A stretch of 55,087 nt of DNA, counting the filler, from Sluysia triapertura (Eukaryota), in assembly GCA_046118255.1 (NCBI GenBank). It is 4 parts of 4 records of this genome, joined end to end, with 100 filler letters (N's around TTAATTAATTAA, not from the genome) between each part and the next. Parts side by side here need not be neighbours in the genome. Positions count along the whole stretch, not along the records: positions 13,381 to 25,848 come from JBJNIA010106095.1; 3 more parts are not named here. The stretch is one strand, 5' to 3'. Position numbers and translations under genes: made by a program. Position 1 is the first letter of the stretch. Each line of letters starts with the position of its first letter. The notes beneath the pieces are model-generated. The model was not told where the DNA came from, did no database searches, and saw only the letters and a program-made list of their open reading frames with translations. Positions 13,931 to 25,380 of this stretch are shown in pieces.

Positions 13931-14449
13931 ATAATGATTTTTATAATTTTACAAATTTAAATATTAACACTTTAAATACTAATAATTTAAAAATTTAAAT
14001 AATTAAATAATAAAATCTTACATTTAAATATCCAAAATGAAACAAATATTAATTAATTTCCAGAATAAAATAAAATAAATCAATAAATTTAAAATATCAT
14101 TATAATTATATGATTTGTAATATCAATATATATTCAAAAATAGTGAATCATAATGAATCATAGAGTTTAAGAGTTGTTTACAATATTATTAGTGTGGTGG
14201 ACCATAAATTTCCTATCTTAAGACCTCAGTAAACTTGCCATTCACGCAAATACTTATAAACAAATATATGCCACTTTATCAAACTTAAAACATAAACCAA
14301 ATTATTTCACACATCCCACATGTATAAATCATTTCACCTTTAAAACTAGTCTATCCTACCCGTTCGTAACATGCGACTCATAAAGTATACATCCTTTAAT
14401 AGTTTGATTTGTAGTTTCAAAAGATCTTAGTTCAATCATTAACTCAGAC

Positions 14450-15250
14450 ACCAGTAAAACGAGATTCATATGTTATAAATCATATGGAAAATTAAAAAAT
14501 TGCAAGCACATTATTGCACCAGTAAAACCATATAGAAAACACAAAAAGCAAAAAATTGAATAGCACGTAAAAGCCTACTTATCATTTTACAATACTGGAT
14601 AACTAAACTCAATAAGAACTTATATTTTTCTAAAAGAAATGATAACTTCAAATAATAAAAACAAGTTCACAAATAAAACATTTTATACAATAATAAAACA
14701 GTAATTACCAAAATCAAGAATCACTTTTCATCATTTCAAATAAGAATTATTCCAAGAATCTCGAATAAATCAGAATCAAACCTACACGCATAGGAAATAA
14801 TCAGTTTACACCGCAAATACTCTAGGAATACTATACCTAAAAAACTATCATTCAATGCAAAATCCTTGTTTTCGTAAATTTTAATACGATAACTTATTCA
14901 TATTTATATTCCATACATTATACGATAACATCTTACTTCCAGTTCACCAAACAATAGCAATATTATCAATACCAGTGAAATACAATAATCAAAAAAGAGT
15001 TTGCAAGACAATTACTTCAATTACTTCATTAAGAACCGAATTTAACCTTTAGATATTCTATTCTTCAAGAAAGTTATGATCATCAATCTACAACATTGAT
15101 TTTTAAACTATCTTAAATACATTAACGTCATACCTAGATAACATTCAAACTTAAACATCACACGTTTAAAATACCAAATTTAGACAAGCATAATTTATCA
15201 AACATATTCCACAATTGCAGCTTAACTTATTAAATAATACTGAGTCATCT
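14450..15250 (+). mobile_element. Highly decayed Ty3/gypsy reverse transcriptase
   Basis: One mostly continuous frame with CFRKF* (DYRKLN), IPV...KTITSITSLRTEFNL* (KTAF...YEF) and TSYLDNI at about 15131 (YLDDI); PVKPYRK upstream; multiple stops. Confidence 0.55.
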
Positions 15251-15579
15251 AAAATTCAACAAGTGTTAACAATATCCATAACACTTATATTATATAATTA
15301 TAATAATTATATTCATCCTAAAAAAATTTTTACAAAATAAAGAACTATCAAGATTTTTGAGTTGGATATCTAAGTATACATAAGTTACCTTTAAAGATGT
15401 AGAATTTTCAAAACTTAAGTTAATATATGTGAAGATTTATGCAAGATTTTGTGATATCTGATGTAAAAGATCAACAGAATAAAAAAGAAGGAAAAGTTAA
15501 AGAACTGGTCATTTTCATTTATGCGTATTTTTATGTAATTGTGTTTCAAAACAATAATATAATAATATCAGTTTTCCAA

Positions 15580-16480
15580 AACAAATATAGCCTCCAGGCC
15601 TCAATTAATACCAAATGTGTGTACAGTAAACATTGGCTGCCATACGTATGTAAATTCACCGCCAATTCAATAAAGTTTGCAAGCAATTAAATATAGAAAT
15701 GTGAAAAGTGTGATTGTTAAAGACTTTTTATATTTAAAGTTTTCGTAATTCCAAAAAAACAAAATGGAACGAACACCAGACACACTATGTATCAAATAAG
15801 CAAAAGTGAAAGTGATTATAAAACATTTTACAAAGATAAATTTATTCTTTTAAAACAAACAATGATAAAGCCAAAAGAGGTTATTTTATATTTTATACAT
15901 ATCGTTTGATATATCGGGTTGTTGACGAAGGATTAAATATTTCACTGAATGCAATGAGTGGAATTAAAAAAACAATTACGGTGTGATTGTAATTTGAAAC
16001 GGAGAAGTAACGGAAAAGGATTAAGAGTTCGTTGCTACCCGATACGAATTAGAAAGATTTTTAAGAAACTGAAGAATCTATAGTTTTTTATGCGAAATTT
16101 CCAAAGGCAATTCGAAGCAGTATTGGAAATTAATTCAATATTTTATGAAAGCAAGAAAAGATGATCGACATGAGTTGTATCTTGATCTTACCGATGGCGG
16201 AAATTCTGTTTAACAAAATGATTAACATTTTCAATTATTTTTACTATAACGATCTATGTATTAAATCTTATCTTCGTTTATTTTGCTCCAAATTAACGTA
16301 AATATTAAATTGGTGCGCCCAGAAATTGTAAAGGTAAATAACTATAACCTTAAAAACGAATTAATGCGTATTACTAATCAAAATTTCAAATATCGAGTAT
16401 TCAGTTTGAAATAAACCGGAGCCGGGAAATAGTACTACAAGGTGATCCAATTTAAATTTCTTTATTGCCTATTGAGTGAA
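15580..16480 (+). mobile_element. Decayed non-LTR (LINE) reverse transcriptase
   Basis: Ordered motifs PPGLN (domain 0), VIPKK...ISKSESDYKTFYK (1-2), KAIRSSIG (2a), ARK...LYLDLTDGGNSV (3, LDLxxAFxSV) and VLQGDP at about 16432 (4). Confidence 0.8.
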
Positions 16481-16599
16481 CTCCACATCTACACATCACA
16501 ATCACAAACACATTTCATCACAAGTCAACACTATGCACATAAATAAAATGTTAAACAAGTTATTCAATGTATTCAAAACATAAGCACAATCACACTTTA

Positions 16600-16830
16600 T
16601 ATTTACTATGATCTTACAATAATGTTATCATAATTGTTATTATAATAATGATTAATATTGTTACACCAACCTTTTGATTGTTTCTATAATGATTATCATA
16701 ATTATACCAAATTGTCACTGTAATAATTATCGTAATTATACTAAATTTTTATAATAATGTTATAGTTATTATAATAAATGCCATTGTTGTAACTATCGCT
16801 ATTATCATTGTTACAATGTTTGATTTCTGT
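16600..16830. repeat. Low-complexity ATA/ATT-rich repeat (Asn/Tyr/Asp-like on minus strand)
   Basis: Imperfect repeats such as ATTATCATAATTATACC / ATTATCGTAATTATACT. Confidence 0.6.
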
Positions 16831-16868
16831 TTCCTTTTTGTATGTATGTTGTTTATCTTTATGCATGA

Positions 16869-17060
16869 TCATGTTAATATATCAATGAATTCAAATACGG
16901 ATAATGCCAAAACAGTTCCGGATATAGTAGCAAATCCACCTGTCATAACAGCATTAATTTCAGAATTATTCATCCAACTTAGCATTAGTCGAATTGAAGG
17001 TGGTGCCTCTGTCTGATTGGGTTTGGCGACAGTTGGTTAGATTGGAAATTAAGTAGTCCC
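16869..17060 (-). pseudogene. Concentrative nucleoside transporter (SLC28/CNT family) gene fragment
   Basis: Minus strand [50 protein letters not shown] matches the CNT signature GTT...QTEAP..IRP....[17 protein letters not shown]; internal stops. Confidence 0.88.
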
Positions 17061-17108
17061 TCACACTCCAAATTTATCAAAGTAAATATCACGAAAGCAT
17101 CAAGAATA

Positions 17109-17452
17109 TCAACAAAAAGTCAAGCATGAAGTAGCTAATGCTACTGAATTGAAATTGACTGAATCGTATTGTTTAAACATTGAATTAACTGAAGAAGAGA
17201 TCTCCACGGCATTTGCAGAAATGAGCCTACCATCTATTTTATGCCTTTTTTAACGCCAGTGAAACTCTTTATAATCCTCGTGCATATCAATATTTCCACC
17301 CAATTAATTTGAAGAATCTACGTCTAACACAACCGCCTTCCTGTTAAACAGTTCTGAATCTCTTCGATATTGGTACGGAACTTCATATTCGTCTAATTCT
17401 GAATTTAATTCAAGTAAACAGGTACCTATTCCATCTGAAACGTCAAGAATTG
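17109..17452 (-). pseudogene. Unidentified pseudo-exon abutting the CNT fragment
   Basis: TTCCATAG acceptor, then about 114 codons in one frame (ILDVSDGIGTCLLELNSELDEYEVPYQYRRDSELFNRKAVVLDVDSSN*LGGNIDMHEDYKEFHWR*KRHKIDGRL...) with two TAA stops and coding-like composition; does not resemble CNT. Confidence 0.5.
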
Positions 17453-18679
17453 CTATGGAAAATATATAGTATAACATAATCTTAATTTGTTTTTTAATGG
17501 ATTTTTTGCTATTTATATTATAAAGAGATTATAGCTTTTAATTTTATTCAATTTACAATAATTTCATTTATTAAATGGAGTAATAATCAATAATATATAA
17601 TTCTATCTGATATAATTCAATTCTAGTATTTATTTGTAACCTTTTGAATTACATTGATGTATTGGTTGGGTACCTCAAATTATGAATGAAGCAAACATAA
17701 AATAAATAAATATTATGCAATTAATAAATAAATGATCAATTGATCAATGTATACTTTTAATGATGTTTCATGTATAATTATTCTTCTATAACCAATATTT
17801 ATCAATTTACTATGCAAACTTTATGAAAGTTAGATGTTACTCTATATATCATGTCTTCTCAAAATCGAAATTTCCAAGGAGTGTTCACTTTAAAAGAATT
17901 TACAACTAGCTATTCAATTACAAAGAATTGTTCTTATTTTTTATACAACTTCAGGAGATAGTAATCTTTGTTATTACTTACAGTTAATAAATAACTCTGA
18001 AAGAAAAAATTATGTAGATTTTATAATTCTAATTCATAATATATCTATGAACAGTATATCTTTATTACCAAATTTCAAGTACTATAAGTATGTTTATGCA
18101 ATTATATATTATTTGTTATATGCATGTTTAATCTTAATATTTTTTTATGCTTTTCTTGTTTATTAATAAAAGAATTCAAGACTATTTGTTTAATTTGTTA
18201 ATGGTAATTTTTTCAAATTAGTTAAAGGCATTAAGCTGAAACTTCTTGTTGGTAAACTATTAAAATTTTAAAACAATTAAATAAAAATTTTGTTGAATTT
18301 CGTGCTTTTAAAATTATTAATAAACAGAAATAAAAAGCCCTCCATAAAAGTTAAGGATAACCTATAAATCAAGATTTAACTCCGTTTAGAGAATTTCATA
18401 ATTTCTTTTTTGTTGCGCGCAGATTTTAATAATAATCTTTGCTTTATATTGTAAATAAACACACATAGTAACTGAATTTTATTGATATCTAACTTAATTT
18501 TATTGATTTTATTCTTACAATTGTACTGAACAATTTTATTACAAATTTTATCTTGTGAACTTTATGATGAATTTTTTTATAAATTTTGGAATTTTAATCA
18601 ATTTTTGATGTAAGAATTTTTATTAATTTAATTTTATTTAATTTTTATCAAATTTAAGAATATAAATTTAAAAAAGAAA

Positions 18680-18965
18680 CGAACTAACGTCACTAATTTT
18701 TGTAATTTTTAATTTTTTGTTTTGTTTTAGTCTGACCAAGGTCTAATTTAAAGTATATAAATGATTACGTCTTTAACGCTTGACACATGATTTTTCATAC
18801 AAGATTTTTAGAATTTGATCGAGACAAGATTCTTATTATTCGTAGAGACAATTCTAAGAAGATTAATTGCAAATAGTGACGTTAGTTTAATATTTTTAAT
18901 GTTGATATAAAATTTTTTATCACAGGCAAAATCAGCTTAAAATCTATATTTATAATTTGGATCTT
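18680..18965 (-). repeat. Dispersed repeat family D, copy 2 (inverted relative to copy 1)
   Basis: Reverse-complement homology to 13630-13930; contains AACTAACGTCACTA...TAGTGACGTTAGTT inverted pair. Confidence 0.7.
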
Positions 18966-19480
18966 ATAAAGATCTTTGGAAAAATCTTTTTTAAATTTGT
19001 AATAAAATCTTGTAATGGTTTTATTGTGACAAATTAACAATTAAATTGTTTTTTATTTAAATTTTTTTCATTTAATTTATTTACAGAATAGATTCTTTTA
19101 AATTTATTGTTTTTATTAAATCTATAAGATAGGTAATAAAATTCTTTTACGCTTGTATTTTTCACAATATTATGATAAAGTCAAATTTCAAAATTGTTTC
19201 ATTTTGTTGATTAATGTAAGAAAACAATAGTTCTACTTCAACAACAAAACAGAATGGATATTTATTTAATTTGCTTTAAAATATAAATCGTTTGATTATT
19301 AAAAAATAAATGTTGATTATAATATTCAGACTACAATTACTTCTGCGGCCGCTTAATAATAACTTGCTACATTAAACATGATATATCTTAAGTAATATGT
19401 ACAATTATGTTTTTAAATAATGTGCTCGTGAAAATAAAACTACTAAATAAATGACTGAATTTACTGCTTTAAAAGAAAAG

Positions 19481-19605
19481 GCTTCTTAATAGTGCTGCCA
19501 CGGTTTGCATCTGTGCACCGAAGTAGCACTGTATGTAGTGACAGAAAATACTCAATTTCTACAGGAAGCAGTTAATGTTGCATTACTTCTAAGAACTATA
19601 ATTAA
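19481..19605 (+). ncRNA. Candidate structured element (H/ACA-snoRNA-like or mini TIR element) upstream of GPx exon
   Basis: GC-rich island. Hairpin AGTGCTGC-CA-CGG-TT-TGCA/TCTG/TGCA-CCG-AA-GTAGCACT, then ACAGAA (ANANNA), then a second weaker hairpin GGAAG..TAATG/TTG/CATTA-CTTCT, then ATA. Confidence 0.3.
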
Positions 19606-19653
19606 TTATTTTTTAATAACACTATTGATTCTAATAATTTATTTATCAAATAG

Positions 19654-19796
19654 AAAAAATCCGAATTTTCAAATAAAGATATAAAAGAATTTGTATTACA
19701 AAAATATGGTAATCAGTTTCACTTGTTTGAAAAGACTGATGTTGTTGGAAAAGATATTCATCCGTTATTTGCATTTTTAAGCGAGAAAACTGGAAT
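19654..19796 (+). CDS. Glutathione peroxidase family, internal exon
   Basis: TAG acceptor, GTTAGT donor. KKSEFSNKDIKEFVLQKYGNQFHLFEKTDVVGKDIHPLFAFLSEKTG matches GPx SNxEIKEF...F.LFxKxDVxG...HPLFxFL. Ends in phase 2. Confidence 0.88.
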
Positions 19797-20539
19797 GTTA
19801 GTTGTATTTTTGTTAAAAATAATTTTTAAAAACATTTAAAAATAAAATATTTTAATTTAATTTTTAATTTTAATATATAATTTTAATTATATTTAAATAT
19901 AAGTATAATTACATTTAAGTAAAAATATAATTTTTTTCTACTATCAATTTTACGCCATATTTATTGTTTTAATAAGCAACACTTTACAAAAAAAGTCAAA
20001 AGATACTGATCTTTATGTATTTGATTATCCTTTTATTATATATAAAATTGCAAAATAATTACAAAACAGTAATGTACACTTTTCGAAAAAATAAAAACCC
20101 ATATTTTTATTCCAATTGTTCATTTATTATTCAAAACACTCAATCGTGCTCTAAACAGTCATGATAATGACAATGTTAATGCTTAATACCATTTTAAATT
20201 CCAATTTTTATTTTCATAAAATTCATATCGCTGTTGAAGACCAAATTTATAGAAACTCGTAATGTCTAAAGGCGCAAGATCTGAACTATAAAATTAACTC
20301 AAATCCAACTAGATCATCTAAAACTTCTTTTATTTTTCGACCAGTGAAGTTTATCATTATTTAATTTTATTAAAACTTTTTTCTCTATTGACTAATTCTT
20401 CGTAACGATCAACCATAATATATATATTATTTTTCATCTGATTACAATAAATGTCACAGTTAGTAGAGTGACCATTAGATATCAATTCGAAGTGAAGTAC
20501 ACCTTCAAAATTTTATCAAAGATCTTTTACCAAATTTTG

Positions 20540-20700
20540 ATATTTCATCACATCCATCTATAGACAATAAACAGCTGCAACAAAGTAAAATTTAATTTAT
20601 ATTATGATGACCAAATTCTTCAGATTTAAATTTGATTGAAAATATTTTTGAAAACTTTCTACAAATATTACTTGATAAGCATGGTATACTTTTATATGAA
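20540..20700 (+). mobile_element. Tc1/mariner transposase fragment
   Basis: PNSSDLNLIENIF at about 20611 (SPDLNPIENxW motif), preceded by DN....SK. Confidence 0.7.
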
Positions 20701-21692
20701 TAAAACTAATATATGTAGCAATATTGTAAAAGCAATAAACGTACGAATTAATTCATCCAGGTGTATTAAAATATAATAAAAAATTAAGTTAGAAGAATTC
20801 AAGTCAAAGAAATAATAATTTGCGATAACAATAATGATTTATTTATATAGAATTAAAATAATCTTTATTTATTGCAAATTATGAGTTAGGTACAAAATGT
20901 GTAACTTAAATCTTGAATTATACATTGAAATATTCAGTGGCTTTAAAGTTTTGTGGTTGAGTAATAAACTAGGGAATAATCCCCTAATAAATTAGGGAAT
21001 TAAAATGATTTAATAAAAAAGAAAATTAAGCTTGTTGCGATTTAAAATGTTTTCCTTTTAAGTACTTTCACTGGTTAAGATCGGATCTTAATATTTAAAT
21101 TCTGTATTTAACCCTCGCAAAAAGTTTTATTTTAAAATTATATAATGATTTTGCCTTATATACAGAACTTTTGATATCATGTCAAATATGAGTTTTATTG
21201 CTAAATTTAATTATCTTTGTATAGGTAATTGTTTTAAGTTTAAGCACAATATTTGAGCGATATACATTTAAGTGATACATTTAAGTAATAACATACTTTG
21301 TAGAGAATGAAATGTTAGACAAACTTAGATGATTGTGTAAACAAGGGTAAGAATTTGAAAAAATATTCGAGGTCCAAAGAAAACTGTCAACAATAGAGAT
21401 TAATTATACGTTCGTCTAAATCTAAGTGCACGGAATGATGAAGGACCCGGTTATATGCAAACTTTACTCAAAAGTATTTTCAGTCATACTATAAGATATT
21501 GTTTATTGAAATTCTGAAAATACGCGCATCTGATTTTTGAAGATTTTAAGAAATAAAATTTATACAGATATATTTTGTTTTGAGTTCTTATCACAATAAA
21601 ATTTGGATGTCATTTGTATTGCACAAGGTTTATAAACAATATTTCATGCACTTTTCTATATTAAGATAATTTATATATATTTTAATATTGAG

Positions 21693-21777
21693 GTCCGTGT
21701 CTTGGAACTTTTGCAAATATTTAATTGACAAGAAAGGTATTCCATTTAAGTATTACGATTTTGAAGTTACATTACAG
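21693..21777 (+). CDS. Glutathione peroxidase family, WNF exon
   Basis: (M)SVSWNFCKYLIDKKGIPFKYYDFEVTLQ contains the GPx WNFxKxLxD motif. Phase-compatible with the previous exon (AT|G); strong CAG|GTAAGT donor; acceptor is an unusual GAG. Confidence 0.9.
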
Positions 21778-21837
21778 GTAAGTTTATAATTATTTGGAAA
21801 ACTATCATTGTAAAAATTTAACGTACTTTTTATCTAG

Positions 21838-21906
21838 AAATATCCACGTTATGATTACGTAAAAATACAAATTGAATTCGATTTTCAAGTATCATTTTTG
21901 AAATAA
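21838..21906 (+). CDS. Candidate terminal exon of the GPx gene
   Basis: 60-nt intron GTAAGT...TTTAAC...TTTTTATCTAG, then in-phase KYPRYDYVKIQIEFDFQVSFLK*; not a typical GPx C-terminus. Confidence 0.3.
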   Translation, partial: KYPRYDYVKIQIEFDFQVSFLK

Positions 21907-22229
21907 CTAAAAAAATTTATAAAATGAATTAATAATGAGGTGGTCTTAGTATTTCATAAAAATCTTACTTGAAAAAGAAAATCAATTATAAACTGAAGAA
22001 ATGTCAGGCAGACTTAAGAATATTCAAATTATTGAGTTACTAAAATCGACTAGATGAGAAACTCAAATATGTACAAAAGACCAATTTAATAGATGCAGGT
22101 ATTGTGAATAAAATTGAAAAATCATAGAAGTAGATTTATATTCGAAATATCAAAATAGTTATAAAATATAAATCAATTCACCTTATAAATACAATATTTA
22201 TAAAAATGAAAAATAAGACAAATCCAATT

Positions 22230-22400
22230 ATCAAAAAATTATATTAAAATATTTCTAACATTCTTTTAAGCACCATGATGCCAAAGAATTATTAGATTCG
22301 CGTCAAATAAGACAAACATTTTTAAATTTGAAGTGCATATTCTCATTTAATTCAGTATATTATGCATATTTGTTGAAAATTTGTCGAAATATTTTTTATA
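22230..22400 (+). mobile_element. Possible IS630/Tc1 transposase relic
   Basis: HHDAKELLDSRQIRQTFL / SAYS / FNSVYYAY resembles FLxxYSPxxNPIExAF with frameshifts. Confidence 0.3.
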
Positions 22401-23629
22401 GTAAAATTTAAAAATTTAATATTTGTGAGTGCTTTAAAAAAGAAAAATAAGTTACCAGAAATTAAAAGAATTACATTTGCAAGGCGAGATTAATTTTGTC
22501 AAAAAATATTAGTAAGCTTGTTTTAAGGATTAAAAGCGTTTTATTAATCATTTATTATATCGGATCATTGTTGGAAAACTTAATAAACTAATCAGTGAAA
22601 ATGATTTAAATTCAATACAATTAAGGAAATAAAGACTAAGATTGAAAATTTCCAACAGTTCCAATAGAAACTAAAAGTAATAAAAATGAAAAGATAGTTA
22701 TAAAGATGTATTTAAGCATTGTAATTAAAAAAGTAATTTAAAAATTTAGCGATTTTTTCGTTATCAAAAGTTGAAATTTAATGATTTTTCTTATTTTACT
22801 GACAATAACATTCTACAAAGATTAAATGACGTTCTAGTCAGAAAAATAACGTCAGCTTAAAAAATATCTATAATAATATTAATAAAATAATAATGATAAT
22901 AATAAGATTTTGAAGGTCATTTAAAGGTCAAATGTCTGAATAAAATGCATGGTATTATTACATATTACCACACAGCAAAATTCGTATAAAATTCAGTTTA
23001 TTTAGCAACCATTTAGAAAAAAAATCAGTTCTGCTAGAATTTTCTTTAATTGAGATAACAATTATGAAATCCATTGTTTTGTTTTATTTAAATTGGTTCT
23101 AATTGAAAAATTAATCGTTGATAGTTTTTATGGCCTTGAACCGATATTAAAATTATTAAAAATAAAATTTTTGTTAAACAAAATCAAAAATATAATAAAA
23201 CTCTTTAATCCTACAAGTATTAAGATTGTATAAGCCAGATAACAGGATCACTAAAAATTTACGAGTTTAATTTGCACAAAGATAAGTACGAAAACAAGAA
23301 CATAAGAGTAGGATCTTACATTAACATCTTATCTAAGCCAAGATCAAGCTCTTTATAATTTCAATTTTGGGTAATTATAGAATAATCACCTATGCAATCT
23401 TTGGATAATTTACACATGTTGGTTAAATCTCATGTGCAATCAATTATTAGAAATTTGGGATATCGTACTGAGAATGAATAATGGAATAGGCATAACATAT
23501 TTTAAGAAATCTTATCCATTTTTGTAGTGTTCGTTTTGTAATTTATAATTTTTTTCATAATTTAATTAATTCTGTAAGTATTAAAATAGTAAGATTAATT
23601 TTAAATTTTTAAAATTTAGTATAAAATAT

Positions 23630-25167
23630 GTAAGCAGTAAAAAATCTTGAATGACGGTTGAAATATTTGTAACAAAATAGAAAAGTTTTGCTGATTCTTG
23701 ATAATGCTTTTGTACATCCATACAACATCGTCCTTTCAAATATTGAACTGCTCTTTGCCAAAAAACAACCTATCAGTTGTAGCCATGTGATCAAGACATT
23801 TTTCGTTCCTTAAAGGCAGAAAACAGGAGCAATTTTAATACAGACATTGTTTTTAGGTCCGAACGCATTGACATTGAGTAAGATGATTTAATAAAAGATT
23901 ATAATCTGGCAAAAATGTCCCATGCTTGGCATTCAGTTGAATCAAATGCGATCAAAAGCATTCTCTATGTGAAAGCTTCTGTTGAAAAAGAAAATGAGAA
24001 GTTGCCAGGTTATGATCAAAAGATTGTGCAAGTGTTTTCTCTAAACCAAAGTTAACTTACAAAATATCTGGAAGTTAGTTCGCCTAATAAGTACTTAAAT
24101 CTACGAAGGCATTCTATTAGGATTTTCAAAATCAGTCACGTAATATTTATTTAAGACAATATGTTTTAAGTTAGCCTTTTTACGGTCTAGCGAATATATC
24201 AAAAAATTTAAATAAAATTTAATGGTTATCTATGCACACTTAATGAACACTTAACTATATATTAAACTAATTGGTACAATACAACAAAATATAATAATGA
24301 AGATAAGCAGTTTAAATGGTACTTTAGTTACAGAATCACTAAATTTAAATTTAAATTAAATTTTTAAATTAAAGTTACGTATATTTTAATTTTTCTACGC
24401 TTACGATTAGAAAAGTAAAAACTTATACAAATAATCTTACTTGTTTCTTCCGAATGCTTGAATTGACATCAATGATTAAATTAGAATTCTTAATATTAAT
24501 ATAGCTTCAAAATTTCACCTCTACTTATGAAATTTTGGTCGCCATATTAATTTATTTTTTGAATTTAAAAAAAAATATTTTGACTAAACAAAATTTTAAA
24601 ATTTTATTTTTAACAAAATTATAATATTTTATTTATTTGTTATATAAAATTTTATTTAAAAATTTTTAATGTTTTAATTAATATAACAAATATAAAAATT
24701 TAATAATTTTATAAGTTAATTTAATTTACAAATTTCATATTTACAAAAATATATCTAATAATATTTAATAAAACAATAAAACAACATTTCAAAAATTAAC
24801 TCAACAATTATGATGACGAAGAATTTATTGAAAAAGATTTAAAATACTGATGGAGAGAATAAACTTGCTCAAAGCCATTCTTGTCCGACTGAATATTCTG
24901 AACAAGAGAATCAAGAAAACGTCACCCATCTGGAAGTTTCAAGTTATATCAAAAAATAGAATATGTGCTTAAAAACAGTTTTGAAAGCGTTAATGCTATC
25001 CAAGAATTGAAAATGATTTGGCTTCTACAATATCAAAAGATATCACGACTTTTTGATTAGGAAGAAATAAATATTATAAGATAAATGCTAATTAGATTAT
25101 TCGTTAATTCTTCCAATGAACATGGAATTTTTAAATAGTTGGTGTTCGTTATATAGAGGTCTTACTG
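23630..25167 (+). mobile_element. Decayed pogo/Tigger DNA transposon (DDE_1 transposase and right TIR)
   Basis: KKS*MTVEIF, RKVLLILDNAFVHP...LSNIELLF, L*PCDQDIFRSLKA, AWHSVESNAIK; acidic C-terminus at about 24810. Right TIR reverse complement CAGTAAGACCTCTATATAACGAAC ends at 25167, followed by TA. Confidence 0.9.
24165..24193 (+). repeat. Repeat family C motif (TTAGCCTTTTTACGGTCT)
   Basis: Same motif at about 45460-45486 and 48632-48655, and inverted at 43366-43665. Confidence 0.8.
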
Positions 25168-25289
25168 TAATTGTATTAAAACCTAACTTTCTAATAATTA
25201 AGATATACACAGTATGTTGAAGAGTAAGAAATTCGAAAGTTACATTTCTCTACTTATTATTTTGTTACAGTAAATCGTTTAATAAAACT

Positions 25290-25380
25290 GGATCCTGCTC
25301 AAAATTATTTTGTTGTAGGTTAAGAGTTTAGAAAACCACAGCAATTTCACTTAGGCAATTTATTTTTACTAAATTTTAAC
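25290..25380 (+). repeat. Dispersed repeat family E, copy 1
   Basis: GGATCCTGCTCAAAATT...TAGGTT...AGAAAACCACAGCAATTTCA matches 51780-51870. Confidence 0.7.

Noticed and set aside
16816-17016. Plus-strand 66-aa ORF
   Set aside because: Antisense of the CNT fragment.
17290-17320. Plus-strand IFPPN*F, resembling GPx FPCNQF
   Set aside because: Antisense shadow of the minus-strand pseudo-exon; no supporting flanking motifs.
19350-19395. Minus-strand YIMFNVASYY*, resembling the GPx NVASxU motif
   Set aside because: Wrong strand relative to the GPx exons, followed by TAT TAA rather than TGA-Gly; probably chance, though a local inversion cannot be excluded.
19565-19612. Plus-strand AVNVALLLRTIINY, resembling VNVASxUGxTxxNY
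   Set aside because: No Cys/Sec, one residue short, too close to the next exon to hold the FPCNQF segment, and out of frame with it.
17109-23800. Alternative genetic code (TAA/TAG = Gln)
   Set aside because: In-frame TAR codons occur only in regions that also carry frameshifts or TGA stops; the intact GPx exons and long ORFs use CAA/CAG and contain no TAR.
21900-25000. SECIS candidates (ATGA...AA...GA) downstream of GPx, e.g. near 22825 and 24815
   Set aside because: Stems do not pair in SECIS geometry; the latter lies in Tigger coding sequence.
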